DNA of 61,807 bases, counting the filler, from Basidiobolus ranarum (taxonomy: Eukaryota), in NCBI GenBank assembly GCA_040143965.1. It is 9 parts of 9 records of this genome, joined end to end, with 100 filler letters (N's around TTAATTAATTAA, not from the genome) between each part and the next. Parts side by side here need not be neighbours in the genome. Positions count along the whole stretch, not along the records: positions 34,441 to 41,211 come from JASJQH010008123.1; positions 41,312 to 48,081 come from JASJQH010008124.1; positions 48,182 to 54,948 come from JASJQH010008125.1; 6 more parts are not named here. The stretch is one strand, 5' to 3'. Positions within the stretch are counted from its first letter, which is position 1. Each line of letters opens with the position of its first letter. Shown in pieces: positions 38,042 to 51,737 of the stretch. The notes beneath the pieces were generated by a model. It saw nothing but the letters and a program-made list of their open reading frames with translations. It ran no database searches and was not told where the DNA came from. Both the position numbers and the translations under genes were made by a program.

Positions 38042-38875
38042 TATTAAATTCTGAGGTGAAGTCAACTGGAAATAAGATACAATATGCAAAGATTTTGAGG
38101 ATTTAAATATATTTTGAGTTATTACTTTATCTCAATTCACTAATAACGTCTCATTTGACCTCGAAAGGAACATAACCTCTTATTTATTTACCCTGCAGTG
38201 CTATATTGAGATTCTATATCGGATGAGGTGTATCTTGTTCAATTTGTTAAAGTGACTTGTTGGTCGTTTTCCCAGAACAATCTCCACTGAAACCATAAGT
38301 CCCGCATCCGATCCAAACTCCTTAATCACTCCATATCACAGTGCTAAGCGCATCGCTCACAGATGTATTCGCCATTTGGGGTGCGAACTTTCAGCAGACG
38401 ATCCAATAAGGATATTTCTACTTTGAATCGTTTCTCGCTTAATAATTTGAATCCCATTCTCTCACTCATGCCCATGACAACAACTGCAAACATTCACAAG
38501 CGTGAAATGAAGTGATGTTACAGAGTCACTGTTCATATGTTCATCAAAATTCAAGGTCACATTGTACAAGAATAGCACGCCTTACTTCTTGACAAGCTTG
38601 ATCATCATGAAATTTTCTCAAGTCAAAGCTGTACAGGAATTTTAAACAAATCAATGTTGTAGTTCTTAAGTTTCACATATACAAGAAATCTCTCCCATTA
38701 ATGTGGATGCTTCTTTGTAAAGGTCGCATCATGGTAAAATTGGTGAAATGGTATGCGTTCTCTTAGAGATTTGCTAATAGTATGCTTCTGTAGTGCATTA
38801 TTGAGCGACCAAAGTGGTGCGGATATTGTTATCAAGTGTATATTATACAAATCTCTGGTAACATGTGCATATAGT

Positions 38876-40700
38876 TGTTAAAGTATTTTGGGAGCTTGTT
38901 GGAAGTGGCTTGCATAACTGGAGAAATTGGTGGTTTTCACTCATTGATCCAAAGTTGAAATTTACAGTTTTGTCACAATAACAACAAACTAACATGTAAG
39001 ATGTGTTAAGGAAGATCCCGGCAGTACATGTGCAAAGTTTGAGGCTTCTAGCACAGGTTTGAAAAAATTTACATATCTGAGAACTTCTAAGTTGGTGTCA
39101 ATATTACAACTAAATCCCAATGAAGAACAATGGGTGATATCTTAGTGAAATATAGGATAACTAAATGCTAAGCTATATATGACTATATGGATGCTTAGCT
39201 AATGATAATTTCAACTAAGTAGTCACATAAACTAATCCTAAAGAAGGTCTAAATTTCTCAAGTTTCTGCCTAGCTAATGGTTTGGTTAATATATTAACAA
39301 TCATGTTTTCAGTAGAACAATGAGTCAAGTTGCTATGCTTATTCTCTATGGCCTTACTTATCAAATGAAGTCCAATATCTATATGGTTGCTTCCAGTATA
39401 AGATATGGGATTTCTAGCCAATATAATTCAACTTTGATTATCCTGAAATAGCATAGTTGATAAGTTTTGCAAAAAGCTCAAATCTGTTAGCTGTCTTTTT
39501 ATGCATATTACTTCTTTTGTTACTTCACAAGCATCCATGTATTGTGCTTATGATGTTGAAAATGCTACCATAGGTTGTTTCTTTGTATTTCAAGAAATGA
39601 CTCCATTACAGCAAAGTAATATTGATCCTATTATAGATCTTCTGTCTTCAATATGCTAAAGTATTTGGGAGCCTGTTGCAAGTTGTTTGGAGAATTAGAA
39701 AAATTGGTGGTTCTCACTTATTGACATATTGAGTAGAAAGTAGATACTTATAGTTTGTCAAGATATAAGCAAACTAATGTGTAAAATATGTTAAGGAAGG
39801 TCCCAGGAACATATGTACAAAGTTTGGGGCTTCTAGCATAAGTGTAAAAAATCTATATATCTGAGAACCTCAGAGTTCATAAAAATTCTATCTAAGTTCC
39901 AATTCTGAGAGCTTCTAAGTTGGCATCAATATTGCAAGTAAATTTTTCATCAGAATAATGGGTAATATCTTAGTGAAATATTAGATAACTAAGTACTAAG
40001 GTATATATGACTGTATTGGTGTTTAGGTAATGCTAACTTCAACATAATATCCCTTTCCCAATATGCATCTGATTATTCCTTCTAAGCAAAATTTGATACA
40101 GATTATGTGAATCTTAAGCACCCATGCATATTTTCATTGCATAACTTGAAAATCTGCTTAACTGATGTGATTTGATTCAATCCACAATTTTAATGATATG
40201 GGCACAATATTACAACAGAATGTGAAACATCTTGCCATGTTCCAACAACAACATATATCAGTGTACCAATTATAGTTTGTCAAGGATTAATACAGCTGTT
40301 ATTCAAATCCAAGAACATCTGAATTGAGCCATTTCTAATCAAGTTCAGCTTTAGCTTCATTGGTATAGATACTGGATCTGATTATTACATGTTAAGGTTC
40401 TTAGCTAATTGAGGATGTAATTAGGCTGGTCCAAAGCTATTGTTTTGTAGCTCTATCTATCTTTAGTTAGATTCCATGACAGTAAGTCAGTTTAACAGGA
40501 TCAGTCTTTTTGAATGTGGCAGATAAGCTTGATTAGGTTCTATCCATAATATTCAAGTGATTGCCTATTACAAGTAAATCATATACATAAAAGGCTAATA
40601 AAACTGGGCGTGTCTAATCCAGCTGGAAGTAGATACTATAGTTAGCATTAATCTTTTGAAATTTGAGTATCTATCAAAAAGGTTTTAACTTGTTTTCCTG
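38876..40700 (-). mobile_element. Copia family A 3' remnant (RT, RNase H, 3' LTR 38876-39215) with a nested solo LTR at 39654-40044
   Basis: HIDIGLHLI...ENMIVNILTKPLAR; nested LTR has near-TSD CAATA/TAATA and splits the RNase H start. Confidence 0.85.
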
Positions 40701-40724
40701 GCTCTAGAAGATTGTCTTATGCCA

Positions 40725-41211
40725 GGGAGTCCCTAACAAAAATAAAATCAATTTGATCCACATTGTATCCACCCTCCAAAATAGCAAAACCATCAGAGAA
40801 CCATCACAATATTGGTGGCTTGCAATCTGCCAGGGATTTTGATGGTGTGCTGGTGATCTCTTAATGGTATTTTGATGGTATTCATACATGTTCAAATATT
40901 GATCCTCAAATTTGGCATGCATTATTCAATATCCGGCAATTTTTGCAAAAATCTAATTTTGAATGGCAAATTACTGGGTTTACTGCTATAAGAATTTGAA
41001 TTAATATGCATGCCTTTAATTAAATATTTTGGGCTTTATATTCCAGCCATAATGAAAATCAAAAAATACAAGAATCTTGTTGTGTTTAGTCTCTACATAT
41101 CCACATACTTTACTGATTAGATATAACTCATCAACATCAATATACTTAGCAGCAAACTAATGGTGGAAATATTGGGAAAATATGGGCTGTTTGGAGGAAC
41201 TGTAGAAAAGT
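40725..41211. repeat. Repeat family C, inverted copy
   Basis: Reverse complement matches 6960-7570 and 8200-8650. Confidence 0.68.
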
Positions 41212-41311
41212 NNNNNNNNNNNNNNNNNNNNNNNNNNNNNNNNNNNNNNNNNNNNTTAATTAATTAANNNNNNNNNNNNNNNNNNNNNNNNNNNNNNNNN
41301 NNNNNNNNNNN
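41212..41311. other. Artificial contig spacer
   Basis: N44-TTAATTAATTAA-N44. Confidence 0.98.
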
Positions 41312-41707
<396 letters not shown>

Positions 41708-42189
41708 TGAACTTTAGATTGTTATTAAATTTCCGAATAAAACAATCTTTTGCGAACATATTCAATAGTTGTTTGATTTGACATGGTAGATAATGAAATC
41801 TTTATTTAAAAACAGGTAAGTCATGACTGAAATGATGAACTCTTGTGATGAGTTTTGCTGAGACAAATGCTGGTTGGAGGTCCCGTATGTTATATTATGA
41901 GAAAATCTATAAACCGGAGGTGGCTATGTCATGATCATGTGTTAATGATTAATATTTCCAGTACAATAAATGAATTCACAGGACAAGTGAGAATTTGGAG
42001 ACATGAGAACCAGTAGAGATATGAAAAAGAGATATTATGGAGGCAGGTTCACAGAACACAACGTAGAATAATACGAGAAAACCCGTGAATGGAAATAATT
42101 AAGTGAAAGTGGATGATTTCAATTGCTAAGGTAAAAATAAAAAAGGTGGATATTTGGTAAAGGGAAAAAAAATACATATAGAGGTGAAC

Positions 42190-43531
42190 TTAGAAGTTTT
42201 GGAAGAGATGTGCGTAGGGATCTTCAAAGCTACCACTTTCAATAGGCTCTTCTGGATACCGGTCAAAATTGGAGGTATCTCCAGGATGACGGAATAAAGG
42301 TACAATAGGTGCCTACAACTGGGAGTTAGAAAAATCGAGTTAAAATATGAGAGAAGATTATTTGACTTACTGGAATTTTACGATCGTGAACAGTTTGCCA
42401 GTCAATCCCGCGAAACCACTTGTGATTCTTTACATCTTCAGAGCCGCCTTTGAGATTTCCTAGACGTTTGGTTCGATCATTTGTCAACAGTTTTTTTATA
42501 AGATCTCTAGCAGTAGGATCAAAGTGAGATGGGAACATGATGCGTCCATCCAAAATCTTCTCGTAGATACCAAATGGATTATCATCAAAGAAAGGTGGAT
42601 ATCTGGGATGAAAGTTATCGATTAGTTGGATTCTAGTTCACAGTGCCCTATACTCTACATACCCTGCCAACATTTCGAAAATCAAAATTCCCAAGGCCCA
42701 CCAATCGACGGGTTTGCACTGTCCTTTACACTGTATGATTTCAGGTGCAAGGTACTCTGGTGTCCCACACAGTGTCCATGTCCTATCCTCCACGATTTTA
42801 GCAAAGCCAAAGTCCGTTATCTTAATATGTCCACGTTCATTTAATAACAAATTTTCTGGTTTAAGGTCTCGATAAATGATATCCTTTGAGTGTAAATACT
42901 CAATTGCAAGAACAATCTCCGCTGCGTAAAACCGAGTCATATCATTTGTGAAACGACCAGCCCGTCTCAAGTGTGAAAATACTTCGCCACCGATCACATA
43001 CTCCAGCAACATGTACAGGTTGTGGTCGTCTTGAAAAGCGCAGAAACTAGTGAATATAAAGTTATTGCTGATGAGTATACAGTGATGAAGATTATTCCAC
43101 ATAATAACTTACAGATTTACTACGAAGGGGAATTCAATCAAAGTCAAGATTTGTTTTTCAGAGTTAATATGTTCGACCTGCTTTAGTCGTACCACTACCT
43201 CCTTCTTTAATACTTTCATTGCATAGTAGTTATCGGTGCCTTTGTGACGTGCAAGATACACTCTTCCAAACGTACCAGTACCTAGTATAAAATTGAAGAT
43301 AGGAAAAAGAGTTTTGACCATTAACATTATTAAATTTCATCATAATAATTTGGCTAAAGCGTAGTTACCTAAAGTTTGCTCAAGTTCAAAGTCCGCAAGA
43401 GTAAAATTTACTTTAGCCGCCTCTTTTACTTCTCGTTCAGCCTTTGTTTCCATCTTGCCATCAGTTTTAGAGAGGACCGGTGTAGCATCATGTTCAAGAG
43501 TGGATACGGGAGCGGTCATTGCCGTGGCCAT
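42190..43531 (-). CDS. cAMP-dependent protein kinase catalytic subunit, 5 exons (43531-43369, 43281-43113, 43046-42663, 42602-42371, 42312-42190)
   Basis: [44 protein letters not shown] and C-terminal FQNF (FxxF); all introns are GT-AG and frame-consistent. Confidence 0.94.
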
Positions 43532-44704
43532 GTATATAACCAGTGGAGTTTGTGTTAGGTTATAGGGAGGTTGTTTTAAATATGGCTATACCCTTATTAA
43601 AAGTAACAAAGAGGTGAAGTAATATGGAGGGAAATTAGTTTCTTTCTCTTTACAAGTTAGAATAGCGTCCAAGGTCAAGAATGCTAGTTGGCAGAAAGTA
43701 AAGGGATGACCAAAAGCAAAATCATGAAAAAAAAACACTTGGTTTGAAATTCCTGGTATATATTACCAAAAGCAATATACACAATTCGATAATTTCCAGG
43801 CTAATGATGGTAAAAGCCAGTAGCGCTTCAATTTCGGCCTATTTTTTTGGACACGTACACTCAAAATCCCAGCAAAACCAATACAGATACTTGGAGAAAA
43901 GCCTACCTCCTGTTCTCACATGTCTATCAGAGTGTCTTAGGTTTCCTAAACTTAACTTAGCTTTATCCCCCTAAACACACTTGAGTTTGGCAGTTATACT
44001 CGCATTTGAAAAATTAATATCGAACAAACAGCGGATTACTGCATTGGAGTCTCGATGAGTAGAGATTAGTTATAATTAGTGAGAGTCATGGTAAAACATG
44101 ATGGAAAATCCGAATCAGCCCCATAGAGTGCCGACGATGCATGCAATGGAGATACAGCATTCCAACTAGCGTATAGTTTTACGGCATTTATTGGTGCCTA
44201 TTATTGTACTGAAACTAAATATCCCCGTGACATCGTATCTAGTTAATGCCTCTCCATATTGTACACTAAAACCCATAATTAGATTCTGTCTGTTCCAGTC
44301 AACGGCACCATATGAGGAGGCACAATGAATAAATCAGCTTCGGAAGAATCCAAACATATCTAGATTAAATTCAGGAGGCTCAAGCAAGGTACTAGCTTAT
44401 CATATCCCAATGAGAAAGCACTTGTGAGTGTCTTTTTACCAACAATAAATCGATTTATGCTGATCCATTCGGATTCCAAGAGTCTGTCCCTTGACTACAA
44501 CCAGGGTAGATTTGTCATTATTGCAATGGCATTTAGTACACATATACGCAGGCTATCTAATCTTTCCTTATCTAGGGTATCGATTTAATATATTGTGCTC
44601 ACTTGATTTCCTCAAATCAATCGACTGCCATTGATCATGCCTCGATACTGAGATATATAAAAGCAAGGATCTGGCCCCTTGTTCTTCATTCAACACTGTG
44701 ACAA

Positions 44705-45004
44705 ATGCCTTCCACACAAGAGCTTATTAAAAAGTATATTCAAGACAATGTGGTGATGGTTTTTTCGAAATCCTTCTGCCCCTATTGCGATGAAGCCAAG
44801 GGTGTTTTATCCCAAGTTTATCCGGATTTCACTGCCATTGAACTAGACCAACTCCCGGATGGCGGAGATATTCAAGACGCTCTACAAAGCCTATCTGGCC
44901 AACGTACAGTCCCGAACATCTACATCAAAGGTAAACATGTTGGAGGCTGTGATGATCTTCTAAGCGCCCAAAAATCAGGTAAGCTTAAGGAACTCTTAGC
45001 TTAG
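44705..45004 (+). CDS. Dithiol glutaredoxin
   Basis: CPYC active site, TVPNIYI, GGCDDL; TATA box at about 44654. Confidence 0.95.
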   Translation: MPSTQELIKKYIQDNVVMVFSKSFCPYCDEAKGVLSQVYPDFTAIELDQLPDGGDIQDALQSLSGQRTVPNIYIKGKHVGGCDDLLSAQKSGKLKELLA

Positions 45005-45818
45005 ACACATATCACCTTTCTATATTATATCCAAAGCTATGAAATAAACCATTGCTTATATCTATTGGTTTTGCGAATTTATCAACGTAAGTTCTTTTAT
45101 TTATTGTGCTAGTACCCAATGTTGATTTGACAAAGGCAGGTCATGTTGGGGAAATATAAATTCATGGACTGAGATCATGGGTACAAAGGTGAACTTAGCT
45201 AATGTAACAGGATTTTGCTATCTCGGGTAAATACACTTTGATGTCAACCTAGCAAGTTAGGGATTGAAATAATGATGTCGATCGTTTCGAATCCATGAGA
45301 ACCTCGGCTGTCGGCTATATTTCCATCACCTTTTCTGTCAGCATGTTTGTGCTATTGCTTTCTTCTAACTTGATTGTAGGTGCAACAGTATAGATCAATT
45401 CCAAATATTCTCTTTAGTGACTTGTTAAAGCAAGTTTTCCATTCCCTAGACAACAGTGGCTTAGTAGTGAATTGTAGATACTCTTATTGTGCCCGAATAG
45501 TTCGTTGTATGGCTTCTTTTACTTGGCATTACAATTCAGACCAAAATTCCAAAATCTATCACTAAATGATGCCGAGATGCATCCTGGAGGTTGGATATTT
45601 GTGATTGCCTCGAAAGCAGAAGGGGAAGTCACCTACCCCTAAGAAGGATTTGCACACCCCATGGCTCAATACCACCAACACTAATTCATCAATTTTGGTG
45701 AGCACTCAGTTGTAGTTAATGTTGGTTCAAACATTATTGAGAATAATTTGGAGAATAGATAAAAAGAATTAACCCTTGGCTATCCACTACCCCTTTTGAG
45801 TGTATAGAAGTTTCTTTC

Positions 45819-46129
45819 TGTTGAGGTATTTTGGGAGTTTGTTGGAAGTGGTTTTTAGAGCTAGAACAATTGGTGGTGTTCACTTATTGATTTATTGAGT
45901 AGAAAGTTGACATTTATAGTTTTGTCAAGAGGTAAACAAACAAACGTATAGAATGTGTTAAGGATGGTCCCAGGAACATGTGTGCAAGGTTTGGACTAGG
46001 ACAAGTTCTCAAAATGTTCCAAGTAAATTCCTCTTGAGAATAGTGAGTGATATCCTAGTTCAATATGGAATAACTAAATACTAAGCTATATATGACCATA
46101 TAGATGTTTAGGCTATGCTAATTTCACCA
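45819..46129 (-). mobile_element. Solo family A LTR
   Basis: Reverse-complement match to other copies; TG..CA ends; no clear TSD. Confidence 0.8.
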
Positions 46130-47076
46130 GATTGTGCTTTTTCATTTTCTGTAACTCTGAAAGTTAAAGCTGGTAAATAATTGCTTGTTTTGTATATTAT
46201 CCTAAAATGGCATACGACAGTTTATTCAAACTAAATTCACAGTTCTGAAGCACCGTTTTTAGTTTCACTCGCAGTACTTGGCTAGATTGTCCCATTGATG
46301 GAGATATATAATTATGGGAAGCAGTCGGTCGCTGTTTGGATATGACAGAATATTGCTGATCTTAGAACAATCCACCGCCAACCTCCAAGTGAGAAGTGAG
46401 TCGAACACGAAACTGTCGAGAACTCATCCTGCTCCTACCCAACTTAGAATTCGTTAGACCTTTGGTCTATATATATTCTAATATATATATAAAACATCAA
46501 TTTAAAGTTGAAGACGCCAAATAGAGCAACACTAAACAGCATATTCTTCAATACTATCAAGTACTAAATATGCACCATTTTAGGCTCAATACATCAGAAC
46601 AAGTCCATTTACAGGACAAATGACTATAGTTTTTAATAAGAATCTACACACAGATTACGGCTCATAACCATAAAAGTATCTAATCCCAATCTGAATTCCC
46701 TTATTTGAATAGTGAGCCATAAAAGAGAGTTCTGTCCAAAAATGATTGATATATTCTCAAAAAAAGGGCTCACTCTACAACCCGAACCAGTCAGATTTTG
46801 TGGTAGTGATTATTGTGAGATTGAACTGAGTGGGAACATAAAAGCTATATTGAGGGAAGAATATACAGGATCAGCCTTGAAGAGAAACTGGCTTATCCAG
46901 CAGGATCAATGCTCGAAGTAGAAATAAACTGAGAAATCCGTACTTGGAGTAGTCGGTGAATTTTAGTATCTTTGCCTTGGATTCGATGTCCACTATTGGA
47001 GTGGCTATCTCATAGTTGGGTGCAGAAAGTTGTTCGATCAACTTTGGTGTGATCATTTTTGATGGTGAGAAGGTAA

Positions 47077-47099
47077 CCTAACCCTAACCCTAACCCTAA
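47077..47099 (-). repeat. Interstitial telomeric repeat (CCCTAA)n
   Basis: cctaaccctaaccctaaccctaa. Confidence 0.8.
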
Positions 47100-48081
47100 G
47101 TACAACAACCCGTAGAGTAAGACCCACGGTTTTATACGTTCACTCAATGTTGACTAATGTATGCTCATAGGATGAAGAGATTTATGGAAGCTCTACCCAA
47201 AATGGATGTGGCCTATGAATAGGAAGCCTATACTGCTATTGTTTCATGCACATTCTTGAGAAGTGGCTTTTCTTTTGCAGGTGACCAACCTTAAGTGAAG
47301 CGAGATATCAGCAACTCGGGAAGTATTCTTGACCTTATTTGACGGCAATAATCGAATGACAGTTAGCACTGTCTCAGCCAATGTATATCTCACAATCAGC
47401 AGTGAGCTATCGGAAGACGTGCAATTTATTTGAGTAAAACCAACCAAGGTTTCTCGCATATTTGAAAGCGACTAGAAATGATATCCCGTAATCAGGGTTA
47501 CCTTAGCCAGATGGCCATTATATATATATATATGGGTGGTATTTTATAATTGGGTGGAAGGAACTTTTTCATTTGTTGCCTTCTTTGGGTGAGTACAAAA
47601 TCTGTAGTCAACCATTTGTAGAATTGTGCAGCCATCTACAATCTTGTACACAATCGAAGATACGGTTCTTTAATGTGTGGACTGTACCAAAAACGACTGT
47701 TACAATGGGTATAATTAAGAATAAAGCATTTCCTGAGAAACTGGAACTCTCCATTGTTACAAATTGCAGCAAAGTGAACTGTCGAGTAGAGCCAAGTAGG
47801 CTGATTTCTTTCCAATGTCCGTAGTTTAATTCTGTCACATACACTACCAACAAACTATCCTTCTCTTTTTGGATGTTGATAAGCCAACACAGGAGATAGA
47901 ATATGGAGGGACACGACGTTGATAGCAGAGATGCCGCCAAGGCTAACGAATCAACAACACTGATAAAGTGTATGTGTACCACCAAGCAGATCGCACAACA
48001 GGTGCATTCCAGATATGTGGGAACTAGTATAAATCCTGTACGGTGTTCGAGAGGCCCTGATCCATCAACAAGATCTTGGGA

Positions 48082-48181
48082 NNNNNNNNNNNNNNNNNNN
48101 NNNNNNNNNNNNNNNNNNNNNNNNNTTAATTAATTAANNNNNNNNNNNNNNNNNNNNNNNNNNNNNNNNNNNNNNNNNNNN
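48082..48181. other. Artificial contig spacer
   Basis: N44-TTAATTAATTAA-N44. Confidence 0.98.
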
Positions 48182-48757
48182 TTGAATGTGCAATAATGTC
48201 TAAAAGTACTTTTCTTAAACATACCACATAAGTAAAATATACTGTTTCCAAAATGGTAAATAACATTGTGCCGGATAGTGCCCAATCATGCCTATTTGTG
48301 CTGGCACACTTTTTAGCTGGCCTGATCTGGCTCAATAAAATGGAACAAGTCTAAAATAAAACCAATCATTAGGAAGACCTCTAGCAAGAGGGTCTTAAAA
48401 TAACACGAAGTCTATCAGATAAATCCAAAATACACATTCCAATATCGACACCGCATAAACCTTACTTTGATGAACAGATTTTAACTGGAAAAAACTTTGC
48501 TATATTAACAGTGAATAATTGCGCGTGTAACACAGTATTAAACGGACTCTCAACGTCAGCCATAGCACATGAAGAATTTACTAATACGAGAGTCAGTTGG
48601 TTTGACCAGAACTACAGAATGTGTGTTTGGATGGGGGTAGAAGATCACTCCCCCATGGAATTTATTTGACTTGAGAGATAACCAGGATAAAAGAAGATTC
48701 AATATTGAAAGAACTTGCTTGAATTTCAATTGAAAACGGGGGATGAATAGAATTCCA

Positions 48758-49774
48758 TTAAAACAACAAAGGTACAGTACAAGTGTTATGAATTGAAATT
48801 CTCATATATGAATTAATAAATAATGGACTTGTCCACCAGAAGAATATCAAGGTTATAATGATTCTAAGTAAACGAGGGAATTTGAACAAGATATGTTGTT
48901 CTAAAAAGATTTCTAATATCATAGCAACCGCTTGAATCATAAAAAATTGAAAATTTTCCCAAATCACCCTTTCTTCTAGTAAATAGCCTACTAAAAATTC
49001 ATGAAATATTCCACTGAAAGCAAACGTTGCTAAGCCCGCCAATATTTTGGCTACTCGGTCGGAACAGCTCCAATGTCTCCTCGAGAATTGGTAAACTGGT
49101 TGTGCAATTACTGCTCTAAAGTCGGTTTGAAACACTCGGTTCCATCTAGTGTTCCAGAATTCTCTTAGAGAACTGGAGATAAAGGGAGCGTCGTGAATCG
49201 AGTAATAAGTGGCTCCTACTATGTAACTAATGCTTCCAAACAAGAGAAAATAAACGAAAGACATATAAAGATATAGTAATATGCAATATAAACCCGTTTG
49301 AAGTGACAATTCAAAGTCAGTAAAATCCAATAGCTTATTAGCGGCAAGATTAGTACGCGGTGGATATTCTCGAAAGTAAACAAAAATGAAATTCGCCAAG
49401 AAATATTGTAAAAATGCTACTGATAGATGATGGGTAAAAGGTTTCGCCACTAAGGTAGGGTCACCAGGCTTATTAAGTGTGAAAAGTTCTCGAAAATAGT
49501 GAGAACTATAGGTTCTTACTTCGGTTTGTTCTACGACGTTATTAACATAGCCTAAATTCAGTAATCGCATTATCAGAAACGCTGCTCCACCTTTGACAAT
49601 TACCGTGAATAGCGGGTGTCCAGTGAGGCGAAAGTTAACGATGAACCATAACTCGAACAGTACACATGCAGCAGTAGTCAACTTAAGTATCGAACGCGAG
49701 CGGAAGCTAAGTGAAACGAATTGAGCATAGGGTCCAGCTAAAGTCAGAGCTGATAGCAAGGACTCACCCAACAT
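48758..49774 (-). CDS. Membrane-bound O-acyltransferase (wax synthase/MBOAT_2-like)
   Basis: Multi-TM protein; PFISSSLREFWNTRWNRVFQ and FAFSGIFHE motifs; FFMIQA. Confidence 0.87.
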   Translation of the reverse strand: MLGESLLSALTLAGPYAQFVSLSFRSRSILKLTTAACVLFELWFIVNFRLTGHPLFTVIVKGGAAFLIMRLLNLGYVNNVVEQTEVRTYSSHYFRELFTLNKPGDPTLVAKPFTHHLSVAFLQYFLANFIFVYFREYPPRTNLAANKLLDFTDFELSLQTGLYCILLYLYMSFVYFLLFGSISYIVGATYYSIHDAPFISSSLREFWNTRWNRVFQTDFRAVIAQPVYQFSRRHWSCSDRVAKILAGLATFAFSGIFHEFLVGYLLEERVIWENFQFFMIQAVAMILEIFLEQHILFKFPRLLRIIITLIFFWWTSPLFINSYMRISIHNTCTVPLLF

Positions 49775-51737
49775 ATCTAATTATTTTATTGTTGGATATG
49801 TACCCTAAGGGCTTATAAGCACTGTCTGAGAACCAATGGAACTTAATCCATGGGGGATATAAAGGTGTAGTGTAGCCTACTTGAATAGGAATTATAAAAC
49901 TATGTTACTCAACACAGGGTGCATTTTGTTTAATTTTCAAGATCATTTGTTGGTTCTTATCTATCCAGTCGCTGACGATTTGCAATAGCCATGAGACCAA
50001 CCAATCCGCCGTGGCCACAAAGAGTATGATCCCATTTTGCCTTTGAGTCAGCGTAGATAGAATTGAAATAGGGAGTTACGTTAGTTGCTTAGAGACCTTA
50101 CCTCACTGGATAAATAATGGGTTAAGGGGGATAGACCAATAGCTCAAGAAAGAAGAATGCTTAGTTACAATTTTACCGCTTTGAGGGTAGCCAATATCGC
50201 CTGGGATACCTTGCTTTGATATGACTGCAGGAATTTCTAGTTTTATTGGAATATGGGATGGCTGGTGTGTTGCCAATCTCCTGCAGTATCATATTCATAA
50301 TAGATAGGATGGCAGTGATCAAGCCATATCCAATAGAATGACACCATGACCTCCGCAAGATGGACTAGTGGAATATGAGCTTCTTTCTTACAGACCCTGG
50401 TTCAGGTCGAATCATGCACACCGGATAAGACAGGCACAAAGTTGAAAGTCTGCGTCACATAAACCCTCCATCAAACAGGCGGACAAGGTACGAAGGTAAT
50501 TTTCCAATTTATACAAGGCAACAATGAGTGTGTGAGTGGGTTTCGAGCCCCAGCCATGAGACACTACCAGATTGGTACAGGCGACAGATCCAGCATGCCT
50601 CCTGCTGTTTATATATACGCAAGTGTATCGAGGCCCATATTAATATATGATACATCAACTGCCACTATATTCAAGAATACCAATACAGAGTGAGGGGAGG
50701 ATCACTAGAGCTGGATAGTGGCCAGACCCCCACTCCTGACCGAGGCTATTATTGCCAAGCGATGTTTGAGTTTCTTTAGGTCTCGGTCATATTTAGCCTT
50801 ATTGTAGGCAAACCTTGGTGAAATCATCCTAGTTCAAATCTGGAAATGTCTAATTTAGATTAGTCAACCAGGTAAATCAGTTCGAATCAATCTCTCCAAC
50901 GCAACGACTGCATACTGTGATTGAGTCTACCCTAGGACTAGGATTCATCGAATGTTTGATTCCTAGCCTCTCTCGTGTCCGTATCCACAACACTCACTCC
51001 ACTCAGCAGGAATGCTAAATCACTTTAGCACACAGTGATACTAACCCAAATCAATGCTCATTTCCTGGGTTTTCCTGCAAGGCCAATCATTGATGCTGCA
51101 GCCGGATTAAATCCATGGGTGAACACTGAGCATGCCTATGGGCGAAGTCAGAGTAAACTCACTCTCACTAGGGACTGATGGCTATGAGATACACAAATAT
51201 CGGATGTTCATTTATATTAGTAGAGGACGTGTTGGGTTACTTTGGATGCCAGGGCTATGCGACTCAATTGCATAAGCCACCGAATGTGTCTCCTATTTTT
51301 ATTGGATGATAAGGATGTAGAGTATATAATATACATCGAGCTTCACTTATATCTCTCTCATTGGCACTCTCACCTTCCTAGAGAGGGCAGAAGGAAATGG
51401 GCTCGAGAATACTGGTAGGGTAGAAAGTTATTGTTGAGTCTGGAATAGCGAAAATCGCATGGAGTGGTTTAAGGATACAGGATAAAAGATAGCAAAACGG
51501 TTGGAAATAGTACAAGATATTATTATGACGCTTCAGAGTAATAAATGGAACGAAACGTAACGTAGAATGGTGAAGGCGGAAATATTACAATTGTGTAGCA
51601 AATGCGTATACAATGCTGTAGGTAGAGTTTGATTGGTGAATCTATGTGTTGGAGCCTTCCCTAAGATTGAATCGACTCTTGATTTTGAATTTATCGAATG
51701 ATTGGCATGCTTAGAGTTGGATTCCTTTTCATTCGAT

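Noticed and set aside
47573-48081. Short ORFs at the end of contig 7
   Set aside because: No recognisable motif or consistent gene model.
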